DNA from: Cladosporium halotolerans
Lineage: Eukaryota
DNA: 64,000 nucleotides
Direction of reading: 5' to 3'
NCBI RefSeq assembly: GCF_011745625.1
Contig: NW_027191498.1
Location: 62,001-126,000, forward strand
Shown here: positions 22,502-33,450 of the stretch, one piece after another
How positions within the stretch are numbered: the stretch's first letter is position 1
Layout of the letters: the number at the start of each line of letters is the position of its first letter
The notes under the pieces: generated by a model
What the model was told of the DNA's origin: nothing
The model's input: the letters and a program-made list of their open reading frames with translations, nothing else
Database searches by the model: none
Made by a program: the position numbers and the translations under genes

Positions 22502-24715
22502 ATGGCAACAATCCCACCAACTCCCTCGAGCTTAGGGTCTTGGGAAGAAGCGTTCAACCACCCCTTACCGGTGGTCCGGAAACTCGAGAGCCAGCTTCGA
22601 ACACAGATTTCAGACAATCAGAATAAACTTCGATCACTTGTGGGAGCGAGTTATCGGGATCTTTTGGGAACAGCAGAGAGAATCATCGAGATGGACGGGC
22701 AGATGTCGCTTGTCGAAGGAAACTTGTCGGACATTGGTCGGAGGTGCGATTACAGGATTGTTGAAAGGGGTAGAGGGAATCTGGATGGATTGAGGAAGGC
22801 TGGCAGGAAAGAGGAGGAGAGTAAGCTTGAGGTGACAGCTCAGGTAAAGATGTTGACTGGAGCTCTCGATGCCGTCGCGAGGCTTGTCAGGAAGAGAGGG
22901 AATGCGCTCGGAGCGGCGAAGGTGTTGGTGTTGGCCAGACTGTTGCATAAAAGCGTTTCCGAAAGCGATAATGCGCCTACGGTTATTGCTGAGTTGAGGA
23001 AGAAGCTGGCCAGGACGAGGAAGCGGCTGCTCTCCTACATTGAACGATCGTTGGCACATGCGACTGGAGATCGCACCACGCTTAGCAACACACTGTGTGC
23101 ATATGCTATGATCTCCAGCTCTACGCCGAAGGATGCACTTCGACATTTCTTGCAAGTCAGATACGAGCAGCTCGAGTCAAAGGCCGAAACGACAAGCGAA
23201 GAAAACGTCTTGACAATGCTGGATCTTTACGGCAAAACTCTTGTGGATGCTCGCGACCTATTCCCTCGCAGGCTTGCAGATGCTCTCGCTCAGCTGTCGA
23301 AGACGGCGTTATTGAAGGATGATCAAGTCACATCGGTTCAAGAGCTGAACCTCGATATCTACCAGCGCTGGATCCCTGAAGACATTCGAACCTTCACTCC
23401 ATGGGTTCGCAGTGACCAGCTTACGATTTCTGATCTAAACGACGGCCTGAAATTCTGGGCCAAGCAAGCACAATCCAGTTTCGTGCAAGCTCTGGAAAGC
23501 TATCTTGAGTCACAAGCAGATGCAGAGGTTGTCCTCTCAACCCGACGAAACGTCCTCTCGCGCTTCCTCTCCGTCAGCAGCAAGCTCAAAAACGATGACT
23601 TCACACAATCAATCACAAACCTGCGCAACGCCTTCCTCAACCGCCTCGAAACCCTCGCCACCCAGTCCGCCGACATCTCCTCCTTCGCCCTCCAATCCCT
23701 CACCGACCCACCTTCCTCCCTCCCCACAACCCAACCCTCCCCCTGGACCCTCGCAACCCAAACCCTCGACCTCTCCGCCGGCGCCCTCCCCTTCCGCACC
23801 GCCATCCTCGACCACCGCCGCGGCCGCACCGGCCCCATCAAAACCGAGCACACCGCCCTCGACCGCTGGACCACCCAGCTCAACTCCCACTGGGCCTTCG
23901 TGGCCTCCATGCGCTCTGCAAAATGGGACGACGACCTCGCCTTCGACCTCGACGACCTGCCCTACGACGGCCCCGACTCCGAGTCCCTCCAGGAAGCCCT
24001 CAGCCGCGCCGACCCCGCCCGCCTCGAGCAAACGCTCCGCGCCGCAGCCTCCGCCGCCTTCGCATCCGCGTACAGGAAAGTCAGCGACGCCGCCGCCGCC
24101 CAGCCCGAGACCCCAGCCTTCTTCCTCCGCCTCCTGCGCGAACTCGACGCCCGCCGCGCCGCGCTCGCCGACCGCCTCGCCTCCTCCTCCTCCTCCTCCT
24201 CCCCCAACGAAGCCCTCATCACAACCCTCCACACCTCCCTCGCCACGCAAACCCTCTCCGCCCCCTGCGCCGCCTACGCCGCCGCCGCGCAGCGCCAATC
24301 GCACACCGCGACGAGCCTCTGGGACGGCGCCGCGCCGCCCCTGCCCTGCCAGCCGTCGCCCGCGGCGTGGAAGCTGCTCGCGGAGCTGCAGGGCGGCATG
24401 GCGGCGTGCGGGGAGGATCTGTGGAGCGCGAGAGCGGTGGCGGTGCTGAAGGGGCTTGTGCGCGAGGAGCTGAGGGAGGCGGTGGGGAGGTTCCCTGAGG
24501 GGGGAGATGGGGAGGTGCGAGCGCAGCGGGTTTTTGACGTGTTGTATTTTGGGGCTGCGTTTGGGGCGGAGACGGCGACGACGGGATGGGAGGAGAGGGT
24601 GGGGGAGTTGGTTGAGGGGGCGGGGGTTGATGCTGAGGGGAGGGCGAGGATGGAGAGGGGGGCTGGGGAGTATTGGAAGAGGACGGGGGTGTTGTTTGGG
24701 CTTTTGGGTGGGTAG
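22502..24715 (+). CDS. COG1: Vps51/Vps67-domain protein, probable COG complex subunit 1
   Basis: WEEAFNHPLPVVRKLESQLR..KLRSLVGASYRDLLGTAERI at the N-terminus and YWKRTGVLFGLL at the C-terminus; single 737-aa ORF. Confidence 0.8.
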   Translation: MATIPPTPSSLGSWEEAFNHPLPVVRKLESQLRTQISDNQNKLRSLVGASYRDLLGTAERIIEMDGQMSLVEGNLSDIGRRCDYRIVERGRGNLDGLRKAGRKEEESKLEVTAQVKMLTGALDAVARLVRKRGNALGAAKVLVLARLLHKSVSESDNAPTVIAELRKKLARTRKRLLSYIERSLAHATGDRTTLSNTLCAYAMISSSTPKDALRHFLQVRYEQLESKAETTSEENVLTMLDLYGKTLVDARDLFPRRLADALAQLSKTALLKDDQVTSVQELNLDIYQRWIPEDIRTFTPWVRSDQLTISDLNDGLKFWAKQAQSSFVQALESYLESQADAEVVLSTRRNVLSRFLSVSSKLKNDDFTQSITNLRNAFLNRLETLATQSADISSFALQSLTDPPSSLPTTQPSPWTLATQTLDLSAGALPFRTAILDHRRGRTGPIKTEHTALDRWTTQLNSHWAFVASMRSAKWDDDLAFDLDDLPYDGPDSESLQEALSRADPARLEQTLRAAASAAFASAYRKVSDAAAAQPETPAFFLRLLRELDARRAALADRLASSSSSSSPNEALITTLHTSLATQTLSAPCAAYAAAAQRQSHTATSLWDGAAPPLPCQPSPAAWKLLAELQGGMAACGEDLWSARAVAVLKGLVREELREAVGRFPEGGDGEVRAQRVFDVLYFGAAFGAETATTGWEERVGELVEGAGVDAEGRARMERGAGEYWKRTGVLFGLLGG

Positions 24716-25013
24716 GCTTTTTTGGGGTTGATAAAGGTTGCGGGGTTTTTGTTTTGTCGGTTTATCTGGTGTATGGTGTATGTGCCCTCTCTGTTGGTCC
24801 GACTTTGTGTGCAACTTGCCAAGACGCAACTCAAACTCATGTCTCCGTCGCTGTCGAGTGCCAGAAATCCAAAACACGCTTTTTCGATATCTTCCCTCTG
24901 CGCCGTGTAAATGCACATCCCAGATCTCTCCCGTATTCCCAACCAAGCGGCAAGACCCCGACTGCGATGACGAGACCTCGTTATTAAAAAAAAGAAAAAG
25001 GAAAAAAAAAAGA

Positions 25014-26027
25014 CTACTTCAGATCCTTATCCTCCCCATGAAACAGCCTCAACACCGCCGCCGCCACAAGCACGCCATCGTGGATCAGCGCCGCCGTCTC
25101 CTTCGCCTCCAGCGCGTGCGCGTCGTCCTTGATGCCCCCGCTCTCCTGCCGCATCTCGATCTGCCGGTGCACCATCTGCTCGTCGAAGCCCAAGTGCCCT
25201 TGCGACGTGAACAGCCTGTCCCTCAGGTAAATCCCCTGCACCGGCGTGTGGTCCGTGCTCGCCCAGACGCGGACTTCGTCGTCGGGGGACAGGAGCTTGG
25301 TCGTGTGGTGCGAGGGGACGGTCGTCACTTGGTCCTGGTGCATTTGGTGCAGGTGGATGGTCGGCGAGTCCGTGCGGAAGAGGTACTGCCCGACGTCCGT
25401 GAGCTTCATGCGCGTGTGCGCGAGCTCCCAGCGGCCGGTGCTCGTGGGTTCTACGCTGGCGCCCAGCATGCGGCAGAGGATCTGGTGGCCGAAGCAGACG
25501 CCGCTGAAGCGCATCTCGGGCCGCGTGAGCCAGAGCTGCCGCAGCAGGTCGACGAGCTTGAGGATCCAGGCGTCGGAGCCGTGCGCGTCGTACATGCTGC
25601 CGGAGATGATGATGGCGCGCGTGTCGGCGGGGATTTCGGAGGGCGTGGGCACGTGGCCGGGTTCGGGGCCGTCTTCGACGACGTAGTGCATGTCGGTTTC
25701 GACGCCGAGGGGAGGGTCGTGAGCGGCGCCGGCTTGGTCGAAGAGCTGGTGGAAGACGGCGCCGAAGCTGCCGCGGCGTTCTTGCGTTTCCGGGTGCGTG
25801 GCGTCGGTTTCGAGGACGAGCATGCGGATCGTGTCGCGGGACATGGTGGCGGGTGGGGGGGCTTTGTCTGCGAGGAAGGTTCTTGTAGGCGTGGCCGGGA
25901 GGGGTGGCGACTTGAGAAGAGATGTGATTCGAGGTTGGAAGGTGTTGCTGAGGTTAGGCCGGATATGTGAGCGTCGTAGCAGTGCTGGTGGAGTTGAAGA
26001 CAGAAATGTGTATATACCGCGCTGCAT
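25014..26027 (-). CDS. Class I glutamine amidotransferase-like protein; alternative downstream start at 25844
   Basis: IRMLVLETD, AIIISGSMYDAH, nucleophile elbow GVCFGHQI, HQMHQDQV, TSQGHLGFD. Confidence 0.9.
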   Translation of the reverse strand: MQRGIYTFLSSTPPALLRRSHIRPNLSNTFQPRITSLLKSPPLPATPTRTFLADKAPPPATMSRDTIRMLVLETDATHPETQERRGSFGAVFHQLFDQAGAAHDPPLGVETDMHYVVEDGPEPGHVPTPSEIPADTRAIIISGSMYDAHGSDAWILKLVDLLRQLWLTRPEMRFSGVCFGHQILCRMLGASVEPTSTGRWELAHTRMKLTDVGQYLFRTDSPTIHLHQMHQDQVTTVPSHHTTKLLSPDDEVRVWASTDHTPVQGIYLRDRLFTSQGHLGFDEQMVHRQIEMRQESGGIKDDAHALEAKETAALIHDGVLVAAAVLRLFHGEDKDLK

Positions 26028-28317
26028 CGCTGCGGAGGACTAGTACGTCATCAATGGGGTCCAGAGAGAGAACAGTATACGTTGGAGGCGTAGATTTCCA
26101 GAACCTATTCCCACTTTTCGGCACGTCACAGGCTTCTTTCCTACCTTTGTCTGTCAGAGTCCCGCCCTGCTGCGGGATCATCGGGATCTTGGGAGAAGGG
26201 GTTACGAAACACTTTCAGGTCTCACGGGCCTGCCAAGAGTACAACGTGCCGAACGTCGATGGATCGCGCGCCGTCATGTTGTAGTCCGCGAAGATCAAAG
26301 CGAACCATCAGCCTGACTGTGCGAGGATGCGCATGAAGTCAAGTGACAGCGGCGGCGTCAATCCCGCTCCTGACATGTCGTCTCAGCCCTACGGGCGCGT
26401 GTGTAACGAGGCTCAGCGCGCTTGTGGAAGTATTGCCGCGACGCAGAGCTGCGTATCGCCAAGCCAGCCGCAGGCCGAGGACGCCGCTAATCCTAATGTC
26501 AGGTAGACAGGGTCCCGCGCGCCGAGGAAAAATAGTGTCGAAAGTGGGCGCGAATGACGGCGGCCGTGGAGAAGGGTCGCGCAAAGAGGGAATGCAGGGC
26601 GCCAAAAATCGCCATCGCCTGCATGCAGCTTGCTCGAGTACGGCGCAGGCGAGCGTCGTTTACGTCGTCTGCCATCGCGTAGCAAGCGCATCTGCAATGC
26701 AAATATTCGTGCGGCTTCTGAGCATATTGTGGCTGACGTACGCACCCGCAGCCGAAAATAGCAGGCGAGGATGGGATGCAGGCAGGCGTTATATTGGTGC
26801 TTGGTGTAACCGCGGGGACGGCGAATGCAGACCGAGCAGGCAGATAAAGGGAAGCGGGTGACAGAGTTTGTGCGCCGGGGACATGCAGGTCGCTATGTAT
26901 CAGGCCGGTGGGAGGTTCACTCATGTACTCATGGAAGATAGACGGGCCTTTCGTCTTGCGAGACAGCGACGCTACTGCACAGCGAGACTGAAGACCCGAG
27001 GGCCTCAGGCAGGCAGGCTGCAGCGGGCAAGGCTAAAAACGCGAGATGTCGCCATGCGCACGAGGCGGGCGAGTAATGAGGTGCCTCAGGTGCGAGACAT
27101 CGCCAAAGGCAAAGCAGGGCTGGCACTTCCCGGGCGGTTGGAATGGAGTGAGTGGTTGATCTGCCACTAGCGCTTTCGATAGTCTGCTGCACCGGCACCA
27201 GGGTCGGCTACCGTTTCAGCTTGCTGTGCGCGCCGGAACGATTGGCCCGGAGCGGGCGAGGGAGTCGCCGGGGCTGCTGGGGCTGCTGGAGTCGCTGGAG
27301 TCGCTGGAGTCGCGGCAGCAGCTCACAACGCCGCGCGCGGCCGTGACTGGTGAGACGAGACGGAGGCGAAGGAGGAGCTGGCGCTGTCGTGTGCCCGAGG
27401 CAGGCGACGGCGAGCGCGCACTGGTCGGGTGGCAAAGGACGATGGGCGGGTTGGCGGGGCAGGCATAATTACACACGGCGAGGCGTGGGGATGGTTGATT
27501 GCAGGGGCTGGAGATTGATTGATTGCGGGTGCGGGCCAGATATTGGAGGAGGAGGACGGCGAGGGAAGGCCAGGCGAGGCGGTGCGCTCGTTCGCAGCAG
27601 CAGCAGGCGGGCGCAAATTGTGTATTTCGACGTCGCCGCGCTCGCTTCGATGATCGCTTGTGGGCGTCTGGAGATGCCAATCAATGGTGCGCACCGCCTG
27701 CGTTTCACCTGCCGACGATCCCTGCGCATCATCCCTCGTCGCGCACCAGGGCCAGCACGGCCTGCCGGATGCGGCATGTCGTCCTCACGCATGCAGGGCC
27801 GCCGGGTGGTGAGGATGCGAGTGGTGCTGACTGGTCACTACTACTGGGTGGCTACACGCTACATGCTACATACATACAGGAGGAGGACGGACAGAGAGAG
27901 GGACGGGCGGGCGATGGAGTTACTCAGTAGTAATAAGTGGGCTGCGAGGGCTGCGTGCTAGCGCTCGCCGACCGCGTTTGGGTGGGCGAGTCGTCGCGCG
28001 CGCCCGCCGGCGCTGAAACGCAGACGGGCTGGCTGGGTGGTGGGTGGTGGGTGCCGCCGGCGCGGGCGAGAGTCGCGTGCGGCGGGCGCAGGAAATAGCA
28101 ATGCTCGTTTACTCGTTAACTCGTTTAGCACTATTGTATTGGCGGCGAGGCAGGCGTGGCAGCTAGCGAGGCCCGTCGTCGCGAACGCAGCAGCGCCGCC
28201 CACTCGCGCTCCAAGGCTCGTGTGTGCCCGCCGGCATCCCAGGCATCCCTGTGCCCGCTGTCGCAGCCTGTTTCATCCTCCCACTCCCCCTCCCGCCGCG
28301 CCCAACACCACGCCAGC

Positions 28318-28353
28318 TCGACGCTCGACGCTCGACGCTCGACGCTCCACGCT
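28318..28353. repeat. Short heptamer tandem repeat (TCGACGC)n upstream of the 28709 gene
   Basis: ctcgacgctcgacgctcgacgctcgacgctccacgct is visible directly. Confidence 0.8.
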
Positions 28354-28708
28354 CGCTCGCTCCCTACTTCCTCGCGCCGCCGCCGCCCACCGCCCGCCGT
28401 CGTGCTCCTCCTCTCGCCCTCCCTGTGTCTCTGCCTACACCCGCCACCTCGCCCTCCCTCTCGCCCTCCCTCCCTCCCTCTGCGCGCCCGCCCGCTCCAG
28501 CATCCTCCCACGCCGCCTCCCGCCGCACCGCGAAGTCTGTCCAACGCTCCGCGGCCCCATCGCCGCCTGTCAACCGTCGCTAGCGCCGCCTGCTAACCGC
28601 GCCGATCGCCCTCGCGCCGTGTCTGCCTCTCGCACTCCCAAGCTGCGCCCGGCGCCTGCTGCCGCTCGAGACCTCGACACAGAGCCGCCCTCCCAGCCTT
28701 CCACCACC

Positions 28709-30272
28709 ATGACCACCGCCGTCGCGAACCCGCCCGCGACCTCTTCCGCCGCCCTCGCGCCCGCCCGCCACCACTCGCCCCGTCACTTCGCCGCCCTGGC
28801 CCCGTCGAGGTCCTCGAGGTCCCCTCCCAACGCCCTGCCCGAGTCTGCGAACAAGCGCTCGAGGAGTAATGCTTCGCCAACCTACGCCGCCCGCAGCAAT
28901 TCAAACGAGCGTTCCTCTGCCAGCGGCAAGATCTCGCCCAACTCGTGAGTCTGCCAGAATTGCGTGTTCATTTTATAGGAAGGCGATTACTAATATTTCT
29001 CCTTACTACAGGCACCGCAGCGGACCTCCAATGATAAAGGTCAAAAAGGAACCTGGTTCGCCCAGCATGCAATCTGCGCGCCCACGCCCAAAGAGACTCG
29101 ATCTTTCTTCCAGCACGCCTGGAGCTCGCGGTCCTCAAACCGCTCGACCTTCTGCGCCTTTGACTGCGCGCGACTCTGCCGGCCTTGCGATCCAAGATGT
29201 CGGCCTCGCTTGCCTGTCCCCGGGCTTCCAAACACACGATCCCGCTATGAGGGAGCAACTACAGAGGAGTCTCGACGTTCGGGACCAGCAGAGGCAGATC
29301 ATTGAAGCCAGACAGAAGGGAGTCAAGCCTGGCAGCTCACACGATACCAGCGAGGGAGGCGCAAGAACACAAGACACAACGCTCTTTGGCGTGCAGACAC
29401 GGACGCCTACCACATCAAGACGGAAGGGTCCTCCGCCTGGTTTGTCGATTAACGCGCCGTCTGCCGAGCAGTTTGCCAACGACAGAGTCATCCAATCCGC
29501 TCCTCTTCACCAAACATTTACTGGCCTTCGTCCCGGCGACCCATACACACGCCACGCACAACATGGCCCCAGCGGCCTGAGCCAAACTAGTCATATCCAC
29601 CACGTCCCCGCGACCCAGACTAACAACCGCCTTCCACCAATTGCCGACGTGTTTGCCAACGACCGCCTCGACGGGCCTCGCGGCTACCCTCCAAACGATT
29701 CCCCTGGCCGCTCATCCCACGCCAATGTCCCGCCTCCCGTTCCTTCACCTGGCTTCCCGCCCTCCCACGCTCAACACCACCAACAACAATCCGCCGCACC
29801 ACTCAGCAGCCGTGCCCGTGAGTTCCGCTCTGCCGACGAAGCCGTCCAATCCCTCACCCACGGGCGCGACGAGCTGAAACCCAAAGTCGTCCACTACGGT
29901 GGCGTGCAACCCCCGACCCCTCCCTCCCCTATGCCTCCTGGAGGTCACAGCGCAGCATCCCGCCACGCCTACGCCGCGCCCGGCGCACCCCACGACATCC
30001 ACCACCCTCCCGCCACCGCCCGTCCCGACCTCGGCCGCACAGTCTCCACCTCAGGCCGCCGCCGCGGCCGCGACGAGTACGAGCGCGACAACGGCAGCCC
30101 GCCGTCAGCCCACGGCCGCCCGGAGCCCAAGCGCGCCGCGTTCGCCGTGCGCGGCGACGACGGCGGCAGCGGCGGCCGCGAGGACGACTGGAGGCACAAC
30201 ATGAGCGGCGCGGAGAAGAGGGAGGAGTTCCTCAGGCTCTGCGAGAGGGCTTGGGACCTCTTCCACTCTTGA
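28709..30272 (+). CDS. Intrinsically disordered hypothetical protein with a short helical C-terminal motif, 2 exons
   Basis: ATG in CACCATG context; intron 28945-29011 (GTGAGT..CTAAT..CAG). Ordered-looking blocks IQDVGLACLSPGF..MREQLQRSLDVRDQQRQIIEAR, RVIQSAP and KREEFLRLCERAWDLFHS*. Confidence 0.85.
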
Positions 30273-30410
30273 TCCGGCCCGCGGGAGGGTTTATCTTCGC
30301 TTCGACAGACACCATCTTTTCTGCATCGGACGGCTTCTTTCGTTTTTCCCTGGAGGTGACTTGCGTGGCGCAATGGGACACGGCCGGCGTTTCCGACCAA
30401 AAGGCTCGCG

Positions 30411-31272
30411 CGGTCGGTCGGTCGGTCGGTCGGTCGATGGGTTTTCGGTCGGCATACATTCTGTTTTTTTTTTCTCCTCGGCGTTCGGCGGCGTCACACC
30501 CTCTTTGACGGAGGATTTTTCGCATGTTTGCTTTCTGGAGGATGAACAGAGAGGGCACCCGCACGGAAGGAAAAAGTCACGAGCGAGGGAAGGTATGTAG
30601 AGGTTGGTGGAGCTTACGGACGACTTTTTTGTTTTCTTTAAACGTGATAGCGGTGGGGCAACGTTTTACTTCTACTTCTGCTTCTACTTCTATCTTTACT
30701 TTCTAGCTGGCAGGACGCCCTTTTTTCTTTCTTGATTCGACCTTCGATTTTTCTTCTTTCTTCTTTTGGCCTGCGTGGCGCTTTTTTGTTGGTCTTGGAC
30801 TTCGTCTTTTGTCCCCCCTTCGAAGGTTGGGGGGCGAGAGCAAGGATGGGATGGGATGGGGCACTTATTCTGCTGGACGATAATGTCTGTCTGATTGACT
30901 GGACCCTAATCGTGAGTGAGGAAGGAAGGAAGGAAGGAAGGAAGGAAGGAAGAAAGAAAGCCTACCTTGACTGGAATGACAACATCCACTTTTTCTTCAC
31001 CCGTTTCACATTGCGCGATTTCTGCTTTGCTGTTATTCTCGCTGAGATCATCTACTCGAGACCTGGTACAGTATCGCATCCCGCCCGCTGAGAAACATCG
31101 TGACGCGTAAGCACACATGCAGCCGTTCAATTGTTCCATCGATCACATGCGCCCAAACTGACGCCAGCCGAAACTAGGAAACTGACGCGAGTGCTAGACT
31201 TCACTTCACTTGATCTAACCTAACCTCGCCTCGCCTCACCTCACCTCACTTCATCTCATCACACCTCACCTC
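30411..31272. repeat. Cluster of microsatellites: (GGTC)n ~30411-30435, (GAAG)n ~30920-30955, pentamer array (CTCAC/CTAAC/CTCAT) ~31198-31272
   Basis: Tandem units are visible directly. Confidence 0.8.
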
Positions 31273-31719
31273 ACAGCCCAAATCTCAACCTCCCGTCCCA
31301 CCCCGCGCACTTCCAGTCCGAGGGTTTGCAGCAGGGCGGTTCCGCTGCTGCTGCTGCTGCTACTGCTGTTGCTGCTGCTGGCTGCCGTTATTGTTGCCGT
31401 GGAAGGAGGACGAGGAGGAGCCATAGTCGGCGCGGAGGGCGGCCAGGTCTCGATGGATTGGCGGATGGGGACTGGGGGGTGGTGAGACTGGTCAGTGATC
31501 GCTTTGAGGTGTGAGAGTAGACGTGAGGAGTGCTGAGTCGAATTGCTCACCTCCTCTGCGTTTCTTCTTGAGCTTCGTAGGGCCGAGGAGGGGTTGGGGC
31601 ACTGTTAGGGGAGAAGTGTTAGTGAGGTGAGGGTGTGTGGATCAATAGGGGGTTTGTTAGGCGGTACCGAGCTTGAAGAACTCTTTGCCGTTGATTGTGA
31701 TCATATCGACGGCTGGCAT
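31266..31719 (-). other. Possible small spliced transcript (reading frame uncertain)
   Basis: Consecutive intron-like units on the minus strand (GTACCG..CTAAC..AACAG; GTGAGC..CTGAC..CCCAG) and an ATG at 31719 (MPAVDMITINGKEFFKL). I could not fix a single convincing frame. Confidence 0.3.
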
Positions 31720-32389
31720 GGTCTGTTAGTGAGGGTGGGCGAAACGAAGACGTCTGGTGGGTTGTAGCGAGTGAGGTGTGGTTGAGGTGAGGAAGGAGCG
31801 AGGGCTCGTGGTTTCTGTAGTTACGTGCAGACGGATCGCGGTCTTCGATCTAGCCTCAGTTGTTTACTTCGATGCATGTGATTGAGGTGTGGGAACTCGA
31901 TTCAGGTTTCAAGAAGATGGCATACCCGAGGGTTGTTGGATCGATAAATAGAAGCGATTGAAGTAGCATGCGTGACTTTCATACCCTTCGCTCAATCTGA
32001 ATTTATTTTTTTAATTTGTGTAACAAAAATATATCGATACATGAACGTCAACACTGATACGCAAAGAAAATCCAACGCGCATGACACGTGCCATATATCT
32101 GAAGAGCAACTGTAAGCTGCTCCCTCGAGGACGACATCATGTCATTTGAGACAATTGCAACACCGGCCTGAGGCTCCTCTCTTTATTTTCCAATTCCCCC
32201 TCCAACTTGTTACCTCGACAGTGTATTTTGTAACACGGGGCTTGCAAGAAGAGAAGCGATTGATGAGCATTTCACCCCGACTCTCAGCAAGCCGTCCCCA
32301 TACAACAGCGCCGAGGACATTACTTCAGACAGCCATAGAGAAACAAGCAATCTAAATGTATTCGATTTCGCCATTAGACTTCTCCAGAA

Positions 32390-32881
32390 TCATCGTGGCC
32401 GGAACGCGAGCCGCATAGTCGGCCCTTGCGCTTGTTGTTGATCAACTTCAGCGTTCGCAGATTGGTCTGCGGGCTGCACCGGTTCCTCAGCATCCTGCTC
32501 CGTGGTTTCTGTCGAGGCATCCTGCTCATCTTGAGCTACTTCCTCGGAGGCAGGCTGGCTTCCCGGCCGCGCGGGCTCCACGGTTTGCTGCCGCGCGGCC
32601 TCTATCATCACCAAGGCATCTTGCCGAGCAAAATTTAATCTATCGACGGCAGATTGGCTTGTGGGCTGCTCAGACCCTGCAGTCGGCTGCACTACCGGCG
32701 CTGATGAAGTATCCTGCTGGGGTTGAGTGACTGGCGCAGGCGCGTCTCGGCTTGCTTGTTGCGTCTGTGCCAGGTGCTGCTGCCACGCCAATTGATGCCG
32801 GCGTTCCTGATTCACTCTGAATCGCTCGATTCTGAGCGCGACCCTTGTCTTCGACGCGGTTTGAGACGTGAGAGATGCCAT
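32390..32881 (-). CDS. Hypothetical Gln/Glu/Ala-rich protein, 163 aa
   Basis: ATG-started ORF with a TATA-like sequence upstream; no recognisable domain. Confidence 0.5.
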   Translation of the reverse strand: MASLTSQTASKTRVALRIERFRVNQERRHQLAWQQHLAQTQQASRDAPAPVTQPQQDTSSAPVVQPTAGSEQPTSQSAVDRLNFARQDALVMIEAARQQTVEPARPGSQPASEEVAQDEQDASTETTEQDAEEPVQPADQSANAEVDQQQAQGPTMRLAFRPR

Positions 32882-33450
32882 TGTCGGGTGAGGGTGTGTC
32901 GGTTCTTGAGTATGGTTGGTTCTGTGTCAAGTTGGGCGGATTCACGGAGGAGGGGAACGCGGTCACTTTTAAATTGTTAGTCTGCACATTTACAGCATTT
33001 AGCTCGGGTAGTGTTCCCACTATACGCGCGAGAGTTTAATGCAGCGACGCTCGTCAGCATGCCTATAAATCGATGGGTCAGCCCTTGAAGACCCATAGCC
33101 CTGATCGCAGATTGAGATGTGTCAGTGGGAATGACTAAGCTGGTATTGAAGCTGCCTCCCAAAGTCAGACGAAAGCGGTACTGTGACGCTCGCTGAGGGT
33201 GATGCTGTCTGGTGGCTTAGTAATAAGGTTCGATGTGAGGACAAGTTGGCGGTAATTCGTTGCTGTCGATTCTCAAACGCGAACACCAACATTCAGCAAT
33301 CGCGATACAGACGCGATCGTATGTGAGGCTGAGAGATTTTGGAAGTCTTTCGAAGTCAAGAAAGGGGTATCATTGAACTTTTCAAAGCAAGCCGGTCGTC
33401 GTCCAAGGTGCGGCAGAGCCAGCACCGCGCTATTGCCAACACAAACCAGA

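Noticed and set aside
23505..25970. Several long alternative-frame and antisense ORFs over COG1 and the GATase
   Set aside because: Explained by extreme GC content and skew depleting stop codons.
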